Below the pieces are notes generated by a model. That model was not told the origin of the DNA. It did no database searches and worked only from the letters and a program-made list of their open reading frames with translations. The translations under genes were made by a program, and so were the position numbers. Shown piece after piece: positions 1 to 12,333 of a stretch of 64,000 bases of DNA (positions within the stretch are counted from its first letter, which is position 1; every line of letters starts with the position of its first letter). Source of the stretch: Mobula hypostoma (Eukaryota); the NCBI RefSeq assembly GCF_963921235.1, contig NC_086097.1, forward strand, positions 434,001-498,000, in the 5' to 3' direction.

Positions 1-149
1 CGGCAAGTTGACTTTTAGGGTGTTTTGCGCATGGACTCCCAAATAAATGAGCATCTCAGACTTTTGGATTTTCTCTACATTTAGAAAATATTCTGCAAAT
101 TTATTTTTTCTATCAAGTTGCATGACCATGGATTTACCAACATTGCATT

Positions 150-3100
150 TCTTGTTCAGGGAGATGATATTAAGGGACTCATCCATGATGTGAACTCCTG
201 GCAACTTGGTGCACTTAATTTTCTCTATGGAGGAGCCATGTATTTGCAGAGGGGGATGGTTTGTCTGCACCTTCCTGAATCCACAATGATTTTCTTTGTC
301 TTCTCCACGTTCAGGCTTAGGCTGTTTCCTCACGCCAATCCACCAGCTGCTCCACTTATTCTGTATACTCCGTCTTGTTGAGGTTCTTGATAAGGCCAAC
401 CACTGTTGTGTCATCCACAAACTTGATGACATGGTCTGAGCTGGATTCTGCAACACAGTCATACGTCAGCAGTGGGCTGAGCACATAGCCTTGGCGTAAT
501 GGAACAAGAGATGTTGCTGCCAACATGGACTGACTGTGGCCCTGCTGTTAGGTCCAGTATCCAATTGTAGAGGGAAGTGTTGAGACCCGCTGAGGACAGG
601 TTCCCCATCAGTTTCTGGGGTATGATGTTGTTGAATGCTGAACCGAAGTCTATTAACAGCAGTCTGGCATATGAGATTCCATTTTCCAAGTGGGACAGGA
701 CAGAGTGGGTCGCAGAAGCTATTGCATCATCCCTGGATTGATTTGAGTGATAAGTGAACTGGAAAGGGTCCAGTGTAACTGGGAGAAAGGCTTTAATGTG
801 CTCCATGTGCAGCCACTCAAAGCATTTCACAATGGTTGATGCTAATGCCACTGGTTACTGTTGCCTTGAAAACTGAGGGGACAATGGATTGTTCCAGAGA
901 TGTGGAATATAATGATCAGCTGGGCTGTGCGGTCTTTCAGAACCCAAGCTGGTATATTATCAGGCCCCGCAGCTTTGCGTGGGTTGACTCTGGCCTGGGA
1001 CTTCCTCACCTCAGCTGCAGCCAGATGGAGTGTTTGCTGCCATGGGGGGAGGGGTACCTTCCTCATGAGCACTTTCTTCTGGACATCAGACTGAGCACAG
1101 AAGATATTTAGCCTCTCAGGGAGTCAAGCATGCTGGTCACTGACACGTAGGGTAGACTTGTAGTCTGTAATTCTCTGAATTCCCTGCCATATTTGCCTTG
1201 AGTCTCTGGTATCTCAGAAGTGACTGTAAATTCTCTGAGAATGCTCTCATTTCCCCTTTTTAACAGAGTAGGGAAGCTTTCCTGAGAGCTGTAACATCTC
1301 CTGATCTAAAGGCAGCATCATAATCCCTTAGGCGTCTACGCATCTCTACAGTAAGCCATGGCTTCTGATTTTTTCTTTTAATTTATTCATTTACAAGATG
1401 TGGTGTCGCCAGCTAAGCCCACGTTTTTTAGCCCATCCCTAGTTGCCCTTGAGAAGGTGGTGATGAACTGCCTTCTTGAACCGCTGCAGTCCCCGAGGTG
1501 TAGGTACACCCACAGTGCTCTTAGGGAGGGAATTCGATGATTTTGACCCGGCGACAATGAAGGACGGTGATATGTTTCCAAGTCAGATGGTGGGTGACTT
1601 GGAGGGAGATTTCCAAGTGGTGGTATTCCCAGGTATCTGCTGTTCTCGTCCTTCTAGATGGTAGTGGCTGTGGGTCTGGAAGCTGCTGCCTTAGGAACTT
1701 TGGTATGTTGTTGCAGTGCATCTTATAGATAGTACACACTGCTGCAACTGTTTGTCGATGGTGGGGGGATTGGATGCTTATGAAAGGGGTACCAATCAAG
1801 TGGGCTGCCTTGTACTGGATGGTGTCAAGCTTCTTGATTGTTGATGGAGCTGCACTCATCCAGATGAGTGGCGAGAATTCCATTACACTCCTGATCTGAG
1901 CCTTCTAGATGGTGGACAAGCTTTGGGGAGTCAGGAGGTGAGTTATACGCCACAAGATTCCTAGCTTTTGATCTGCTCTGGTAGCCGGTGTTTATATGGC
2001 TAGACCAGTTCAGTTTCTTGTCAATGGTAACCCCTAGGATGTTTGATAGTAGGAGATTCAGTGATGGTGATGCCACTGAATGTCAAGAGATGACGGTTGG
2101 AGATTGTCATTGCTTGCCATTTGTGTGGCTGGAATGTTATTTGCCATTTGTCAGCCCAAGCCTGGATATTGTCCAGGTCCTGTTGTATTTGGGTATGAAC
2201 TGCTTCACTACCTGAGGAGTCACAAATGGTGCAGAACATTGTGCAGTCATCTGCAAACATCCCCACTTCTGACCTTATGACTGAAGGAAAGTCATTAATG
2301 AAGCAGCTGAAGCGGTTGGTCCTAGGACACTTTCCTCAGAACCTCCTGCAGTGATGTCCTGAGGATGTGATGATTGACCTCCAACAACCACAACCATCTT
2401 CCTTTGTGTCAGGTATGATTCCAACCAGCAGAGGGTTTTCCCCCTAATTCCTATTGACTCCGTTTTAGCTAGGGCACCTTGATGCCATATTCGGTCAAAT
2501 GCTGCCTTGATGTCGAGGGCTATCACTCTCACCTCACCTCTGGTATTTAGCTCTTTGTTCCATGGTGGGCCTATGAGATGATGAGGTCAGGAATGGCCTT
2601 GACAGAACCTAGACTAGACATCGGTAAGCAGGTTATTGTCGAGTAGCTGCTGCATGATAGCACTGTTGACGATTCCTTCCATTACTTTGACGATTGAGAG
2701 TAGGCTGATAGGCTGGTAATTGGCTGGGTTGGACTTGCCCTGTTTCTTGTGTACAGAACATACCTGGTCAATTTTCCACATTGCCGGTGTTGTTTCCCTC
2801 ACCCGGATGTGTTTCGTGATGGTAACATCCTCAGTACACTTCTCTATGTAGCTGGTCACAGAGCCCACATATTCCTCTGTTAACATGGTTGTCAAAGATA
2901 GGAGCTGACCTGAACATTCTCCAGTTTGTATTATCAATGCAGTCCTCAGGCCAGGTTTCACCATCTTTAGAACTAGCTAGACCCGTTTGATCACCGGTTT
3001 GTATGCTGGAATTATCACTCCAGATAAATGATCTGAGAGTCCAAACTGAGGTTGAGGGACTGCTTTATAGGCACCTGCTTTGTTGGTGTAAGCTAGGTTG

Positions 3101-3280
3101 AGTGTCTTTTCAAAGTCAACATACTGGTGGAATTTAGGCAGGACTGTCTTTAGGTTCAGATGGTTAAAATCGCCTGCAATAATGAAGATGCCATCAGGGT
3201 GTTTGGTTTGAAAGTCACTGATAGCACTGTAGAGCTCATGTAGTGCCTCATCGGCATTAGCAGAGGGGGGATATATAGAA
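150..3280 (-). mobile_element. Degenerate Rex1/Babar-type LINE (EN+RT), interrupted by another LINE at about 1371-2787
   Basis: Minus-strand peptides 'IVKCFEWL...LDPFQF...YARLLLIDFGSAFNNIIP', 'VNPRKAAGPDNIP' and EN-like 'HPDGIFIIAGDFNH'. The 'IRVR(E)/NQKPW' motif is split by the insertion. Confidence 0.85.
1371..2787 (-). mobile_element. 5'-truncated CR1/L2-group LINE nested in the Rex1 element
   Basis: RT fragments 'NPANYQPISLLS', 'ALDIKAAFDRIWH', 'MFADDC', 'WADKWQITF'. The 3' end is at about 1375. Confidence 0.8.
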
Positions 3281-3542
3281 CTCTACAACAGCTTTCTCTC
3301 ACTGAAACCTCAAAGAGCTAAAGCCTCACAATCTCCACTCTAACTCTGTCCACTCCAACGATGGCTGCACCAACAATGGACACTTCGCTTGTTCCTGTCT
3401 TTCTTTAATTTGTTTTTGCCCATCAATCACAAATGCTGATTGGGCACTGTTCAAAGTCCCAAAGTTGCTACCTTTTCCACTCAGTCAGCAAGCCTAAGTG
3501 AGCTACGATCTCTCCAATTAGGCACTGCTCAAGGCTAACCTG

Positions 3543-3960
3543 GAATAGGTTAGGACTTTATTCCCTAGAGTGTAGAAGATCGAGGAGAATTTTGATAGAG
3601 GTATGCAAAATTATAAGGGGTATAGATAGGATAAATGCAAGCAGGCTTTTTCCACTGAGGTTGGGTGAGACTGCAACTAGAGATCATGAGTTAAGAGTGA
3701 AAGGTGAAAAGTTTAAGGGGAAGTTAAAGTGGAACTTCTTCACTCAGAGAGTGATGAGAGTATGAAACACGGTGCCAGTGCAAACAGTGGATGCGGAGCC
3801 AATTTCAACATTTTTAAAAGAGATTTGGATGGGTGCATGGATAGGAGGGGTATGGAGGTCTATGGTCTGGATGCAGATACATGGGACTAAGCAAGATCAG
3901 GTCAGCTGGGAGTGCATGGGCCAAGGGGCCTTTTTCAATACTCTATAATTGTGGCTTTCT
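3543..3960 (+). mobile_element. CR1 LINE 3' fragment
   Basis: Clearly similar to the CR1 3' end at 29125-29540. Confidence 0.8.
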
Positions 3961-4128
3961 GTCAATGGGGGGGAGGGGCATGGGTGGATGCAGGGGTGTG
4001 GTGACAGAAGACATCTGGGAAATGGAGGAAATTTGTGTAAATACTAATTTGTGCTTCTTTGTGCTTTATGTGCATGTCCTTGGTAGTTATGTTCTTTGCA
4101 TAGGGTAACTATATTTTCTTCTGTTCAG

Positions 4129-4234
4129 GTGATTTGGTGGCTGAACCTTTCAAGCCTTCTTATCTACCTGCTTCTCTTCAGCATTACAGTTGTCTACTTA
4201 CAGCGAGGATATCAGCCCATTCATTTGGTCAGAG
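4129..4234 (+). CDS. POMT2: POMT2 internal coding exon (4th from last), 106 bp
   Basis: Acceptor ttttcttctgttcAG, donor AG|GTcagt. Translates VIWWLNLSSLLIYLLLFSITVVYLQRGYQPIHLVR, matching vertebrate POMT2 'VVWWLNL..LYLL....V.MQRG'. Ends in phase 1, compatible with the next exon. Confidence 0.93.
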
Positions 4235-4261
4235 GTCAGTGTACTCATATATACCTGTATA

Positions 4262-4566
4262 GGCATCCGTTAGTCTCGTTAGACCATGGATTTGCGCCTT
4301 TGGAAGGTTTTCAGGGCGCAGGCCTGGGCAAGGTTGTATGAAGACCGGCAGTTGCCCATGCTGCAAGTCTCTCCCCTCTCCACGCCACCGATGTTGACCA
4401 AGGGAAGGGCATTAGGACCCATACAGCTTGGCACCGGTGTCGTCGCAGAGCAATGTGTGGTTAAGTGCCTTGCTCAAGGACACAACACGCTGCCTTGGCC
4501 AAGGCTTGAACTAGCGACCTTAGATCACTAGACGAATGCCTTAACCACTTGGCCATGCGCCAACAC
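4262..4566 (-). mobile_element. tRNA-derived SINE
   Basis: Minus strand starts with an A box (TGGCCAAGTGG) and a B-box-like AGTTCAAGCC, followed by the common SINE core GTGTCCTTGAGCAAGGCACTTAACC. Imperfect TSD ta(t/c)acctgtata. Confidence 0.8.
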
Positions 4567-5096
4567 ACTATACACCTGTATATGTGCACTAATTCGGGTC
4601 TCACATATTTTTATATTCTTTTCAATAAAGTTAAAGACTTCATACTTCTAAATATTATACTACATTGGAACATGCTAATCCACTTATATCCCTCTGTTAG
4701 CTACATGAAGTTATGAGGTTGATAGCCAGTACTGTTTCCCAGATGAGAGCAGTGAGGTTTGAAGCTGATCTGAGAAATAAATATTTCACATAGAGGTTGG
4801 TATCTAGAATGAGCTGCCAGAGGAGGAGGCGGAGGTGGCCAGAACAATGAGAATCAAGCATGACGGTCAACAATTAGCATAGAGGACTGAAGGGTCTGTT
4901 TAATAATAAGTACTTTATTGATACCATGTGGGAAATTATTTTGCTACAGCAGCAACATTTAAAAACACACTTAGCAATAATAATAAACAATAATATAATA
5001 AGAATATTAACTAATAATGAAGTACATAATAATAATATACACATTTATCAATGTGCAATACAGTGCAATAATAATGTACAAAATAATAAAGCAGAG

Positions 5097-5934
5097 TGTC
5101 ACGTACCCCGTGACAGGAATAAAGAACCAACAGAAATGGAAAACACTATTAATTAATAATATTTATTAGTAACTACGCAATGCAGTAATATAAATCTAGA
5201 TAAATCAAACAGGTTAGCATTGATTATATATAAATAAATCAGTAAGTGTGGAAATATATGAAAAGCAAGCTTCTTTAAGTCCAGGGGTAAAAAGATACAG
5301 TCTTATAATGATGAGTAAAGTTCAGTTCAGTTTGTGGTATTGAGTTGAGTAGTGATGGAGAGAGAGGGGGAGAGATTTGAGTCTTTAGGTGAGCTGACGC
5401 CATCGATCTTCTCGTTGTCTTCCGAAATCCTTTAAAAGTCACCGACTGTGACCACAACAAAGGGGACCGGTTTTCTGTGGTGGAGCTATCACCCAGGCAA
5501 GGGTGGACACATGGACAACTCCCCACCAGTCACTGCCTTTTCTTTTCACTGCAAGAGCCACTGATCGATCTGCCTGATTGATCCTCCAAAAACCCACTTC
5601 TTCTGTGGGCACAACAAAGCTCATTCAGTGTTCCAAAACATGTCTGAGGTCTATCATCTGACCTTCTATTTTATCTTCCCGTGCTGAGCATCAACTGTCA
5701 CTCAAATAACTCCTTCCCTTGTCCGTGTAAGAAATGTACAAGCAGGCAAATGTCCTTGAAGGAAGTATAAACATGCTGCCGAAAAATCATAACATCAAGT
5801 GTCCATCAAATAACGCTGCCTTCGGTCACCATAGCAATTTACGAGCTGCTCGGTGCTGTCTCCAACTCAGCAGAATCCAAAAGTTAGCCAGTTTTTTCTC
5901 GTGCCTTAAAGTGACAGTCTAAAAGTTAGTCTTC

Positions 5935-5973
<39 letters not shown>

Positions 5974-6083
5974 CTCTTTTCAAAACAACATGTTGGTGTT
6001 AAATAACTCTCTCTCTCTTCAAAAGCACAGTTAATAGGGGTAAACGAGCACAGATTGTAGGGGTAATTCAGGACCCTGTCACA
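5097..6083 (-). mobile_element. Solo LTR, Gypsy-type
   Basis: TGTCAC...GTCACA termini with a 4-bp TSD AGAG. A second copy lies at 59596-60390. Strand inferred from a minus-strand AATAAA and from end similarity to the LTR at 56844-58249. Confidence 0.85.
5934..5977. repeat. (CT)n microsatellite within the solo LTR
   Basis: Directly visible. Confidence 0.9.
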
Positions 6084-6973
6084 AGAGACTATTGTATGAT
6101 GATGTGTGTTCTCCTGTTAAACAGAGATGAACTGCTGTATATGCTTATCGCATTTGGTAGGAAAGATTTTCTGTAATGATCCTTGTGACAGTGGAGCTGA
6201 ATGAACAGTACAACTTAATGAAACGTGTACACTACAATATCAAGCACACAGCTCACCATTGTCTAATCTCGGACAAAGAGGAATAGACAGTAAATGTCAA
6301 AGAGGTTCAGATGCCAGGAATGTTGTAAAATGGGTTGCTGATCTTTCCGCTTCTGTTGGTTTTAGATGGAACTGGATAAGATTCCTCATTGGGAATGGAA
6401 GTGAGATGGAGAGATGCAGGGACATGCTTCATGAGCCCACAAACTCACAGACGTACCTGGATAACATTTACTCTATTCTGATTTCTATAACTTTTAATCT
6501 AGTATCCCAATTTCTAATGATGGCAACATTGTTTCCAGTAAGTGACCCAGTTTTTAGACTATAAGACAAAGGAGCAGAAGTAGGCCATTCTATCATGGCT
6601 AATCCCAGATCCCACTCAACCCCATACACCTGCCTTCTCACCATATGCTTTGATGCTCTGACCAATCAGGAAACGATCACCTTCAGCCTTAAATATACAC
6701 ACGGACTTGGCCTCCACCGCAGTCTGTGGCAGAACATTCCACAGATTTACTACTCTCTGGCAAAAAAAGTTCCTCCTTACCTCTGTTCTAAAAGATGGCC
6801 TTCAATTTTTGAGGCTGTGCCCTCTAGTTCTGGATACCTCCACATAGGAAGCATCCTCGGGATTTGCCTGGTGGCCGCTGATTGAGTAACAGCTCTCTGC
6901 TGGTGCTCCTAACTTACTTACTTTTGTCTCCAACCTTTTGAAATGCTACTGTTAGACAGGTTACTATATTACT

Positions 6974-7739
6974 ATGACTACCAAAGCAGCTTTGGAAGCT
7001 ATTCAAAAGCTTACTGAGGAGTTACAACAGTTCAGAAAAGAAGCGTCGGCTGATTTGCAACAAATCAGCGCTGAAATTAAACAAATAGGTAAAAAATTAG
7101 ATGATATTCAAGCAATTCTTACTGAGCATGATAAGAAGATAAAGGAATATGAAGAGGTTATTACTATACTGGATGAGAGAATGGATGACTTGCAAAAGCT
7201 ATATGAAAAACAATCCAAGTCCAACGAAATACGGAGATAGAAGATTATTGATTTGGAAAACAGGAGTAGGAGAAACAACTTACGAATCTTGGGACTTAAA
7301 GAGCAAACAGAAGGAGATAATCCTAAAGAATTCTTTGCAAACCTTTTGATGGAATTATTCCCTGATATTATAAAGTCTCTGCTTTTGATTGATCGTCTTT
7401 ACAGATCGCCTGTCTATGGATTGACTTCAAAATCAAAACCAAGATCAGTCATTATATGTTTCCATGAATTTCAAATAAAGGACTGTCTGATTCGTGATGC
7501 CTATGGAAAAGGTATGATTGACTACCAAGGTCAGAAGATTCGTATTGTTGAAGATTTTTCATCAGAAGTTATGGCAGAACGTGTTAAGTTTAAAAAAAGT
7601 TATGGCGGAGCTGTACAGCCAAAATGTTAAGCTTTCTCTTCGTTTTCTGGCTCGACTGAGAATCACAATGGAAGATGGATCATTTAAATGGTTTTGTATG
7701 AAGGAGCAAGCGCAAGAATTTTTAGACTCAAAAAAATGA
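6974..7739 (+). pseudogene. L1 ORF1 (coiled coil plus Transposase_22-like RRM/CTD), disrupted
   Basis: Heptad region followed by 'ENRSRRNNLRILGL.E..EG' and 'PRSVIICF'. Broken by a stop and a frameshift. Confidence 0.85.
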
Positions 7740-8189
7740 CTGTGTATATATATTTTTAATTTATTCTATATATATATATATATATAGAATAGATTAAAAA
7801 TCTTGCAAAAACAGAAATACTATATATTTTAAAAATGACTTTAATATTTTTTGGTATGAATAATTGCTCTTTCTGTTTGATAAACCTGTCTAAGCTGGTT
7901 TTTTTTACTGTATATTATTTAGTCTTGGTTGGAACAGTAAATAACCTTGAATTCTTTGGAGCGGTTCCAACAGGTTTTCTAAGGGGATGTTTTCAGTGGG
8001 GGTAGATAGCGGTTGTTCTTTGACTGATTTTCTGTTTTTGGGAGAGGGATGGGGAGTCTTTTTTCTTGAAGCTGATTTGGGAATCTAGTCAATTCTGTTG
8101 CTTAGTTAATATATCGCAAGGTATATTATCTGGGTTTAATATACATTTCTCTGATTGCTACCTTAACCTTTCTTATAAATAGTTTTAAA

Positions 8190-11100
8190 ATGGATCAAAG
8201 TATTAATTTACTTAGTTTTAACGTGAAAGGGCTAAATCACCCCGTGAAAAGAAATAAGATTTTTGCCTATATTAAAAAACTTAAGGTACCAGTTGTTTTT
8301 CTTCAAGAAACCCATGTATGTAAGTATGACAATTCACACCTTTTTAATTGATGGAGGGAGTCTCATTTCCATTCCTCACTTCCATTCCTCATTTCAGACC
8401 AAAGCCAGAGGAGTTTCGATCCTTATAGGTAATAAAGTTCCCTTTGTTCAACGAAAAGTAATTTCTGATACTAATGGGCGTTCTGTTATAGTGTCAGGGA
8501 AATGAAATAACAAGCTAATGGTATTTGCCAAAGTGTATGCTCTGAATATAGATGACCCAGGTTTCTTTGAGCGTTTTTTTTTTCATTTTTGCCAGATCTA
8601 AGTCTGTACTCATTGGTGATGGGTGGAGACTTTAATTGTTGCTTAGATCAAGCTTTAGATCGTTCATCTTCTAAACTAATGATACCAAATAAATCAGCTG
8701 TGTTTATTAAATCTTTTTTAATGAAATGTGGTATTGTTGATGCTTGGCGTTTTTTTTCATCCAGTAGACAAGGAATATTCATTTTTCTTTCATGTCCATC
8801 ATACATATTCCAGGATTGATTTTTTTTTAATTGATAGCCAAATGATTCCATCAGTTCGATCCTGTGAATCTAAAGAGATTTCTGTCTCAGATCACGCTCC
8901 TGTGCTCCTGTCTTTAAATCTCCCTGGTTTTCTTCAAACAAATAGGTTTTGGCGATTTAATTTAACTTTGTTATTTGATAAAGATTTTTTAAAGTTTATA
9001 GAGAGACAAATTACTCTTTTTTTTAAGAGAATACCTTAGAGGAGACTTCCAGTCTTATCAGATGGGATGCATTTAAGGTGTATATTAGGGGACAAATTAT
9101 TTCTAATACTGCAAGTATTAAGACAAAAGCTAATAAAGAGAGAAGTGATTTAGCTAATCAGCTGAAACAATTAGACCAAGAGTATGCCTTGGCTCCAGAA
9201 CCTGCCTTATATAAAAAACGTGTTGAAACTAAATCTAAATATGATCTCCTTTTAACTTATTTAATTGAAACCCAACTCCTAAAAGATAAAAGTTAATTTT
9301 ATATTTATGGAGATAAAACAGGTAAATTATTGGCTGATCAAATTAAAACGTTTATAGCTAAACAGCAGATTAAAGAAATGTGCAAAGCTCATGGTGAAAG
9401 GACAATTGATTATTTAGAAATAAATGTTACTTTTAGAGAATTTTATTCTAAAACTCTATAGTTCTGAATCTTCTAAGGATAACACTGTAATGAACAATTT
9501 TTTAGACCAACTAAACATTCCTACAATTTCTTCCGACAACAGAAAGTTGTCGGAACAACCTATTTCTTTTGAGGAAATTGTTGAGGCTGTGTGCTCATTA
9601 CATTTGAGGAAAGCTCCGGGTCCAGATGGATTTTCTGGAGAGTTTTACAAGATCTTTTCCTCACTGCTTGTATCTCATTTATGTTCAGTTTTTTTGGATT
9701 CATTCAAGTTAGGCAGACTCCCTCAGTCTTTTTATGAGGCTTTCATTTCGCTTATCCTTAAAAAGAATAAGGATCCAACGGAATGCTCTTCTTATAGACC
9801 AATTTCTTTACTTAATGTTGATACTAAGATCCTATCTAAAGTTTTGGCCCATAGGATTGAAAATATTTTACCATCTGTCATTTCCAATAACCAAACTGGA
9901 TTTATCAAAAATTGATATTCTTATTTTAATATTCATTGGTTATTAAATGTTATTTATTCTCCTTTTAACATGATATTGGAATGTGTGGTATCCCTAGATG
10001 CTGAGAAATCTTTCGACAGAGTTGAATGGAATTATTTATTTAAAACTTTAGAAAAATTCAATTTTGGACCCATTATCATTCAATGGATAAAATTACTTTA
10101 CTTAGCTCCTTCCGCTAGGGTTATCACTAATTCTCATAACTCCAAACCGTTTAAGATTCAATGTGGCACTAGACAAGGCTGTCCATTGAGCCCTTTGCTT
10201 TTTGATCTGGCCTTAGAAACTTTAGCCATTGCCTTTCAAGAATCTAATGATTTCACCTCTATTTTAAGGAGGGACACTATTCACAAAGTCTTGCTGTACA
10301 CTGATGATCTGCTGCTATTTATTTCTAATGCTGAGACTTCGTTACCCCATGTGCTTTCTTTACTCTCCTGTTTTAGCCAGTTCTCAGGTTATAAATTAAA
10401 CCTACATAAAAGTGAACTTTTTCCTTTGAATGATTTGATACCAACAAATTCTAGTCTTCCTTTTAAAATTGTAAAAAACCAATTTACCTATTTAGGCATA
10501 ACAATTACTAAAAACTATAAGCGTCTATTTAAAGAAAATTTTCTTACCCCATTGAATCACGTAAAAAGAATACTATCAAATTGGTCACCTCTCTCGCTAT
10601 CACTGATTGGCCGAATTAACTCTATCAAAATGAATGTACCACCTAAATTTATGTAACACACATCAAAGTTGCTGGTGAACGCAGCAGGCCAGGCAGCATC
10701 TCTAGGAAGAGGTACACTCGGCGTTTCAGGCCGAGACCCTTCGTCAGTCCTGTTGTGATGTGTGTTGCTTGAATTTCTAGCATCTGCAGAATTCCTGTTG
10801 TTTGCGTACCTAAATTTATGTATCTTTTTCAGGCATTGCCAGTTTTCATTCCTAAATTCTTTTTTGATTCTCTTGACTCTATTATATTTTCTTATATATG
10901 GAAGAATAAGCGTTCTAGATTAAATAAAATTCATCTTCAGAAAGATAAAAAGAATGGAGGATTTGTCTTACCGAACTTTAGAATCTATTATTGGGCAGTT
11001 AATATAAGAAATCTTACATTTTGGTTATATTAATCGTGAGGATTGACCGATGTGGGTTTTTTCAGAAGCTAACTCTTGTCAATAAATTTTTTATCATTTC

Positions 11101-12120
11101 TCTTCTTGGATCCTCACTTCCTTTGTCTCTGAGTAAGTTAACTGATAATCTGGTAGTTAAACACACTATGAGAATTTGGATGCAATTCCGAAAATACTCT
11201 GGCTTCTTGAGATTTTCTCTTTTGAGTCCCATTTTTTCTAATTATTTTTTTAAACCCTCTATGATTGATGTGGCTTTTAAAGAATGGGATAGATTAGGTA
11301 TTAAATGCTTTCAGGACTTGTTTGTAGAGGGAAGTCACTTTTCGTTTGAACAACTGTCAACTTAATATAGCTTACCCAAAACTAATTTTTTTCGATACGT
11401 ACAAATAAGAGATTTTTTACGGTCTCAAATAAGTACATTTCCTAAAAGTCCTGATAAGCATCTATTAGATGTAATTTTTAATTTGAAACCTTTTTATAAT
11501 GGATCTATATCTAATATTTATAATACGCTGTTGGGAATGGGAAGTGTTCCTTTAGATAAAACTAAAAATCTTTGGGAACAAGATTTACAGACTTCAATTT
11601 CTGAGGAGACTTGGAATCAAATTTTTAAATTGGTTAACACTTCATCGTTATGTGCCCGCCACTCTCTCCTAGAATTTGAAGTGGTCATAGGGCCCATATG
11701 ACCAAGGATAAGTTGTCTCGTTTTTATTTAGATACATCTCCGTACTGTGATAAATGTAATAATGGAGAAGCTTCACTCATTCATATGTTTTGGACATGTC
11801 CGATTCTTGGAAAATATTGGAAAGAAGCATTTCAAACTTTCTGGATACTTTTCAAAGTAAACTTTAAGTCTAATCCTTTGACCGCTTTGTTTGGTATTGT
11901 TGGAGGAAAGGATATTATTTCGGAGTCATCTGACTTGCACATTTTGGCTTTTATTCCTCTTATGGCCAGAAGGATGCTCTTGCTTAAATGGAAAGATGCC
12001 GTCCCTCCTAATCACGCTCAATGGTTACGTGATGTGATGCCATGTTTAAATTTAGAGAAGATTCGATGTTCAATCTCTGAACCTAGCCAAGACTTTCGAA
12101 CATTGTGGGACCTTTTTTGA
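8190..12120 (+). pseudogene. L1 ORF2 (APE endonuclease, RT, C-terminal CCHC), multiply frameshifted
   Basis: 'SFNVKGLN', 'GGDFN', 'SRIDFF', 'SDH', 'KAPGPDG', 'YRPISLLN', 'GTRQGCPLSP', 'YTDD', 'CDKC...HMFWTC'. Confidence 0.9.
10656..10807. mobile_element. Mini Penelope-like insertion consisting of termini only
   Basis: Matches the ends of the PLEs at 30380 and 47049. Perfect 15-bp TSD acctaaatttatgta at 10641-10655 and 10808-10822. Confidence 0.9.
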
Positions 12121-12333
12121 ATTATTTTTACAACCTTTGATTTGCTGTTAAAGCACAGATGATGATGAATAATTTTTTTTTTCCTTTTTTTGTTTACGAC
12201 TCAGCTTTGGTCTTGGTGGTGGGTTAGATTTTTTTAATATAATAAAATTACTATATTTCAATGTTACCAATTAATCTGTATGAATATAGGGTAAGGAGTC
12301 TTTATATGCGATTTAGTATAATGTATTAATATA

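Noticed and set aside
4926..5156. Asn/Ile-rich 76-aa ORF
   Set aside because: Low-complexity AAT-rich LINE tail running into an LTR.
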